Source: Pirellulaceae bacterium
GTDB taxonomy: Bacteria > Planctomycetota > Planctomycetia > Pirellulales > Pirellulaceae
Assembly (NCBI GenBank): GCA_041745295.1
Contig: JBGTJE010000103.1
Span: 25,689-89,688, forward strand
Reading direction: 5' to 3'
DNA: 64,000 nt
Part shown: piece after piece, positions 60,697 to 64,000 of the stretch
Layout: the number at the start of each line of letters is the position of its first letter
How positions within the stretch are numbered: the first letter of the stretch is position 1
The notes under the pieces: model-generated
The model's database searches: none
Told to the model about the DNA's origin: nothing
Seen by the model: the letters and a program-made list of their open reading frames with translations, nothing else
Translations under genes and position numbers: made by a program

Positions 60697-62541
60697 TTAG
60701 CGATAGAACTCGACGCCGGCGAACACGCCGTGGAAGACGGCGTTATCGTCGTCTTGATAAACGAGTCCAGTTGACGGTGTAATAACCGAGGTGTAATTGT
60801 CCGCCGCCGTCACGACGTCAAACAACCCAAGCGCATCGTAGCCGAATCGGGCGCGAACGCGGGGCAAAATTTGGAAGTGACCGTGCAATCCGACTTCGCC
60901 CGCGAACGAAAATGATGTTTCCTCCTCGGCATTGTTCAGTTCGACGTCGTTGTCATTGAGAATCGAGGTTGTTCCGCGATGAACATTGGCGTAGGCGCCG
61001 ATCTTAGAAACCATCGAGAACGAGAGTCGATAACCGACATCGTAGAACAATTCCAAACCGAGTTGCGGTCCGATCAGCCGATTCTCGGTCTCTAGGGAAT
61101 AGATTCCTTGCTCGCCGAGCGTGTTGGCACTCGACAGTCGGAACTCATCGTCAAACAGAATATAACGAACGCCAAGCGAGGTCTTGATGACATCCCAACC
61201 CCATTGCGTTCGATTAAATTCAAAGCTCTGCAGATCGGTTTTTTGAAACTGCTCGAGAAACGTCGCGTTGTCGAAGGCGCTCAGCGAACTTGCGACGAAA
61301 CCAGGACCCGCAACGAGATTTCCCGACAATCCGCCGCCGGCGTCCGTCTCCGTCGTCACGACAATCCAAGGGTCAAACCCCATGTAACTAATTTCGTCCC
61401 CGGACGTTGCATCAAAACGATGTCCCAAAGTCACACGACCGCCACGAGCAAAATCGAAGTCGTTATACCCCGAGAAGTTACCGCTTAAGATGAGATCTCC
61501 GTTTCGTTCGTAATAGAGGTAATCCACGGAAGCGTAATGTTTTGCCGAGATCATGAAGCCGCAGCAGTCGTAGGCTTGCGTTGCGCCTCCGGACACCTCG
61601 GGCGAGACCACGGCTGATTCATAGGGCATGACCGGGGCGGTCCCGATGCATTGATTGCAGCCAGCGCCCCCGCAATGGGCGCATTGGCCTCGAGAGTTGA
61701 ATCCGCTCGACAAGCTTCCAGTCGAAGCGTCATCCGTTGAATGCAATCCCCAGACGATATCGGAAGCGTCGGCCGGCGTGGCCATCTGAGGATCGATCAA
61801 ATCCTGACGAGTTGAAATCGTGGGAGAACTCTGCGGTGAGCGATTGGTTTCCGTCGTGCTCGATGGATTTCCGGTCAATGGAAACCCGCCGGTCGGTCCG
61901 GCGGGAACAGCAAACTGAGCTTGCAAATCGCCTACGTCGACGACGTCTTGAGTTTGAGCCGGGGGCTGCGCCGCCAGGTCGGCGGGTGAATAAATCAGCG
62001 GCACATTGTGAGCGGGAATTGTCGTGCTAATTTGCTGCGGAAAATTCGCTGGCGTGCTTGGATCGACGGACGCCGTTTGAATCATTGTATTTGGCGATAG
62101 CATCGGCTTGAGCGGCTGCAGGCCAAACGGCCAACTGGTCGAGTGCGAGCCGAATGGCGATGGAGCGCTGCTGGCACCTTGCCGGGGCATTTCCTGGGCA
62201 TGGTTAAAGGCGGCGGGTTCTTGGGGTTGGTCGGCATCCTTTGCCGCTTGAATGATCGGCGGCAACGGCGCATTAGCCGAGCTCGCCCCGTTGGCTTCGT
62301 TGGCAGCCGATTCCTCGCCGCTTGTCTCGGCGGCTTGGACGATGGGCGGCAACGCATCCAGCGTTTCGTCCGCATTCAAATCATCGGAGGGTCCTGTTTC
62401 GGTTGGATTATCAGCGGCCTGAACAATGGGCGGAAGACCTTGCGGCGGCTCATCCGTCGATTGAGCAAGAGCGAAGCTGCACGAGATGGTGAGCGAGGAA
62501 CAAGCCAACCCGTAGCGTAATAGGAATTTGATTTTTCTCAT
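60697..62541 (-). CDS. Putative outer-membrane beta-barrel protein (BBP7-like) with an N-terminal low-complexity region carrying three LPPI(V/I)QAA repeats
   Basis: Signal peptide. Pro/Ala/Gln/Ser-rich N-terminal half. A Cys-rich cluster CAHCGGAGCNQCIG. C-terminal beta-rich half ending ...GVEFYR, an aromatic terminus typical of OM barrels. Confidence 0.55.
   Translation of the reverse strand: MRKIKFLLRYGLACSSLTISCSFALAQSTDEPPQGLPPIVQAADNPTETGPSDDLNADETLDALPPIVQAAETSGEESAANEANGASSANAPLPPIIQAAKDADQPQEPAAFNHAQEMPRQGASSAPSPFGSHSTSWPFGLQPLKPMLSPNTMIQTASVDPSTPANFPQQISTTIPAHNVPLIYSPADLAAQPPAQTQDVVDVGDLQAQFAVPAGPTGGFPLTGNPSSTTETNRSPQSSPTISTRQDLIDPQMATPADASDIVWGLHSTDDASTGSLSSGFNSRGQCAHCGGAGCNQCIGTAPVMPYESAVVSPEVSGGATQAYDCCGFMISAKHYASVDYLYYERNGDLILSGNFSGYNDFDFARGGRVTLGHRFDATSGDEISYMGFDPWIVVTTETDAGGGLSGNLVAGPGFVASSLSAFDNATFLEQFQKTDLQSFEFNRTQWGWDVIKTSLGVRYILFDDEFRLSSANTLGEQGIYSLETENRLIGPQLGLELFYDVGYRLSFSMVSKIGAYANVHRGTTSILNDNDVELNNAEEETSFSFAGEVGLHGHFQILPRVRARFGYDALGLFDVVTAADNYTSVITPSTGLVYQDDDNAVFHGVFAGVEFYR
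62220..62440 (-). repeat. Three imperfect tandem coding repeats (unit about 96 bp) encoding [AP]LPPI[VI]QAA.. in the N-terminal region of the BBP7-like protein
   Basis: Protein-level repeats GLPPIVQAADN / ALPPIVQAAET / PLPPIIQAAKD spaced about 32 aa apart. Confidence 0.5.
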
Positions 62542-62861
62542 GTGCGACTGCGATAGCGAGGGTCAACGAAATGAGCACGCGATGTCTTTGCTATTTTCGG
62601 TCCGGACAAAATTGCAACTTTTACGGTTCTTAACGATTTTTCGTTTTCTGCCAATTGTTCCCAAGAAAATGATGGCATTTTGCCCAGAGGCCCGTTCGCA
62701 GCTTCTCAAGATTGTCCATGTTGATTGACCGGAAAGAACGATCTAAATTGCGCCTCTTTGCCGGTTTGTTGCCTAGTCGAATCGGCACGGATTGGTAAAC
62801 TGAATTCCATAGAACGTTGGCGCGGCCGGTCCCCCTATTAAATGTCCGAGCGAGGTTGTGG

Positions 62862-64000
62862 ATGAATTTTCTGCGCGGAATTTTCTTTGGCTTGGTCCAA
62901 GTCATCGAATTGCCAGTCAATGTGCTGTTGGAGCTCTGGCGGTTGCCGGGACGCGGTCGCGGACTATTGTTCGGGTTCCCTTCCTTCTTGGTCTTGATGC
63001 TCACCCTGCTAGCGATTGGATGGGCGAAGTACGGTTCGAACCAAGAATTGATCAGCGATTATTGGCGGTCACATCGCATCGACAAGGAACGCCTGAGCGA
63101 ATTGAACCGGCTGATTGGTGATGTTGACGACAACGCATCGTCGTTGGGCGTTCCTGACGACTCCGACGCACCGGCCGTGGCGGCCGCTCCAGTGGTGAAC
63201 GAAGGAGTGGCGAGTGACATTGTGACGTTGGTTCAGCGCGAAATCGTTGAACCGCGGAATAACGACTTTATCGGCAATCCTCGGGTGGCGGTGCGTGTGG
63301 CTCTCAACGATCGCCGCAGCGTCGAGCAGGTCGAGATTCTGCAGCCGAGTAGTTTTCCCAGCTGGGATGAAAGGGTTCGTAACGCGCTGTTGCGAACCGA
63401 GGCGTTTAGGCGAGCCCAGGGCGAGGAAAATATGGCCAAGAGTATGGATCTCGTTTTTGGCCTGTTAGAGACTCAGCGTGAGAAGCTGCTGTACACGATG
63501 ATCATCGGGCTCAAAAAACTGATCGATTTGGATCCGTCCAAGCCGCAATTTAAATTCGAATACGCAATACTTTCGGCTGCCATGCGCAAACCCCTTGAGG
63601 CGAAACTGATGATGGACCAAGTCGCGCCCCCAGAAAAACCCGGGTTGTGCGAAGGCCACATTTGGCAAGCTCGACAGATTTGGTCCGATAAATCCAGCGT
63701 CGAGGCGGTTGCTTCGCGCCAGCAACGCTGCATGAATCATTTGCGGTTGGCACTCGCGTCGGATCCGATCAATCTCGAAGCGAACGAGGGTTTGGGCGAA
63801 CTATACTTTTCGCTAGGAAACCTTGCCGTGGCGGAAAAACACTATCGCATCGTCTGGGACAAACAATTGTCGACTACGCTGCGATTGGTGGCGATTTACA
63901 AGCAGCAAAACGACTTGGTGAAGCTCGATGAGATCTTGAGCAAAACGAAGATCCGCCTGGAGGAGGCGTTAAAAAACGATCCAAATAACGTCATTTACAT
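62862..64000 (+). CDS. Membrane protein with a C-terminal TPR-like domain. 5' partial, runs off the window end.
   Basis: ATG at 62862 (MNFLRGIFFGLVQ...). TM helix LLFGFPSFLVLMLTLLAIGW. An open reading frame with no stop continues through position 64000. TPR-like unit ANEGLGELYFSLGNLAVAEKHYRIVWD. Confidence 0.55.
   Translation, partial: MNFLRGIFFGLVQVIELPVNVLLELWRLPGRGRGLLFGFPSFLVLMLTLLAIGWAKYGSNQELISDYWRSHRIDKERLSELNRLIGDVDDNASSLGVPDDSDAPAVAAAPVVNEGVASDIVTLVQREIVEPRNNDFIGNPRVAVRVALNDRRSVEQVEILQPSSFPSWDERVRNALLRTEAFRRAQGEENMAKSMDLVFGLLETQREKLLYTMIIGLKKLIDLDPSKPQFKFEYAILSAAMRKPLEAKLMMDQVAPPEKPGLCEGHIWQARQIWSDKSSVEAVASRQQRCMNHLRLALASDPINLEANEGLGELYFSLGNLAVAEKHYRIVWDKQLSTTLRLVAIYKQQNDLVKLDEILSKTKIRLEEALKNDPNNVIY

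Noticed and set aside
60640-60700. GC-rich imperfect hairpin (cctcgcccccgcttcgcgggag...gcgagg) downstream of the BBP7-like gene
   Set aside because: The stem is imperfect and there is no U-run. It may be a terminator, but the evidence is insufficient.

Overview
This is a high-GC, densely coded chromosomal window. Several signatures suggest a Planctomycetota (Pirellulales-like) genome, an inference from the sequence only: Ser/Thr kinases fused to WD40 or TPR arrays, an ECF sigma factor next to a Ser/Thr kinase, giant secreted proteins with an N-terminal LEDRVLLA motif and a CSLREA-like segment, a BBP7-like outer-membrane beta-barrel, and an unusually long signal peptidase I. Housekeeping genes: ksgA/rsmA, riboflavin synthase, enolase, apt, recQ, ftsH, lptB and lepB. 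Envelope and accessory genes: a P-type ATPase with a TPCP motif, a flotillin-NfeD pair, and an M32 carboxypeptidase. The most notable loci are listed below.

- **ECF sigma / kinase / giant protein (45569..57409, minus strand):** an ECF sigma factor and a TPR Ser/Thr kinase sit upstream of an 8.25-kb giant gene, and the kinase stop overlaps the giant gene start in an ATGA. The giant gene (2750 aa) encodes beta-helix repeats, RHS/YD repeats and an RHS core. A 851-aa GEVED and RTX-repeat tail follows the core, with no recognisable toxin and no immunity gene downstream.
- **Pilus / secretion operon (14987..26239, minus strand):** ten genes encode three prepilin-like proteins, a PilM-PilN (GspL-like) fusion, PilO/GspM-like, PilT, GspE/PilB, GspF/PilC, a PilP-like protein and a secretin. 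The genes are joined by overlapping start and stop codons.
- **ABC permease fused to a CPBP protease (37571..40602):** an ABC-2 permease carries a C-terminal CPBP (CAAX-type) intramembrane protease domain. An ATGA overlap joins it to its ATPase partner.
- **Intergenic repeats:** a MITE-like element with perfect 30-bp terminal inverted repeats occurs twice. A second family of GC-rich palindromes occurs at three loci.

No rRNA, tRNA or CRISPR array was recognisable.
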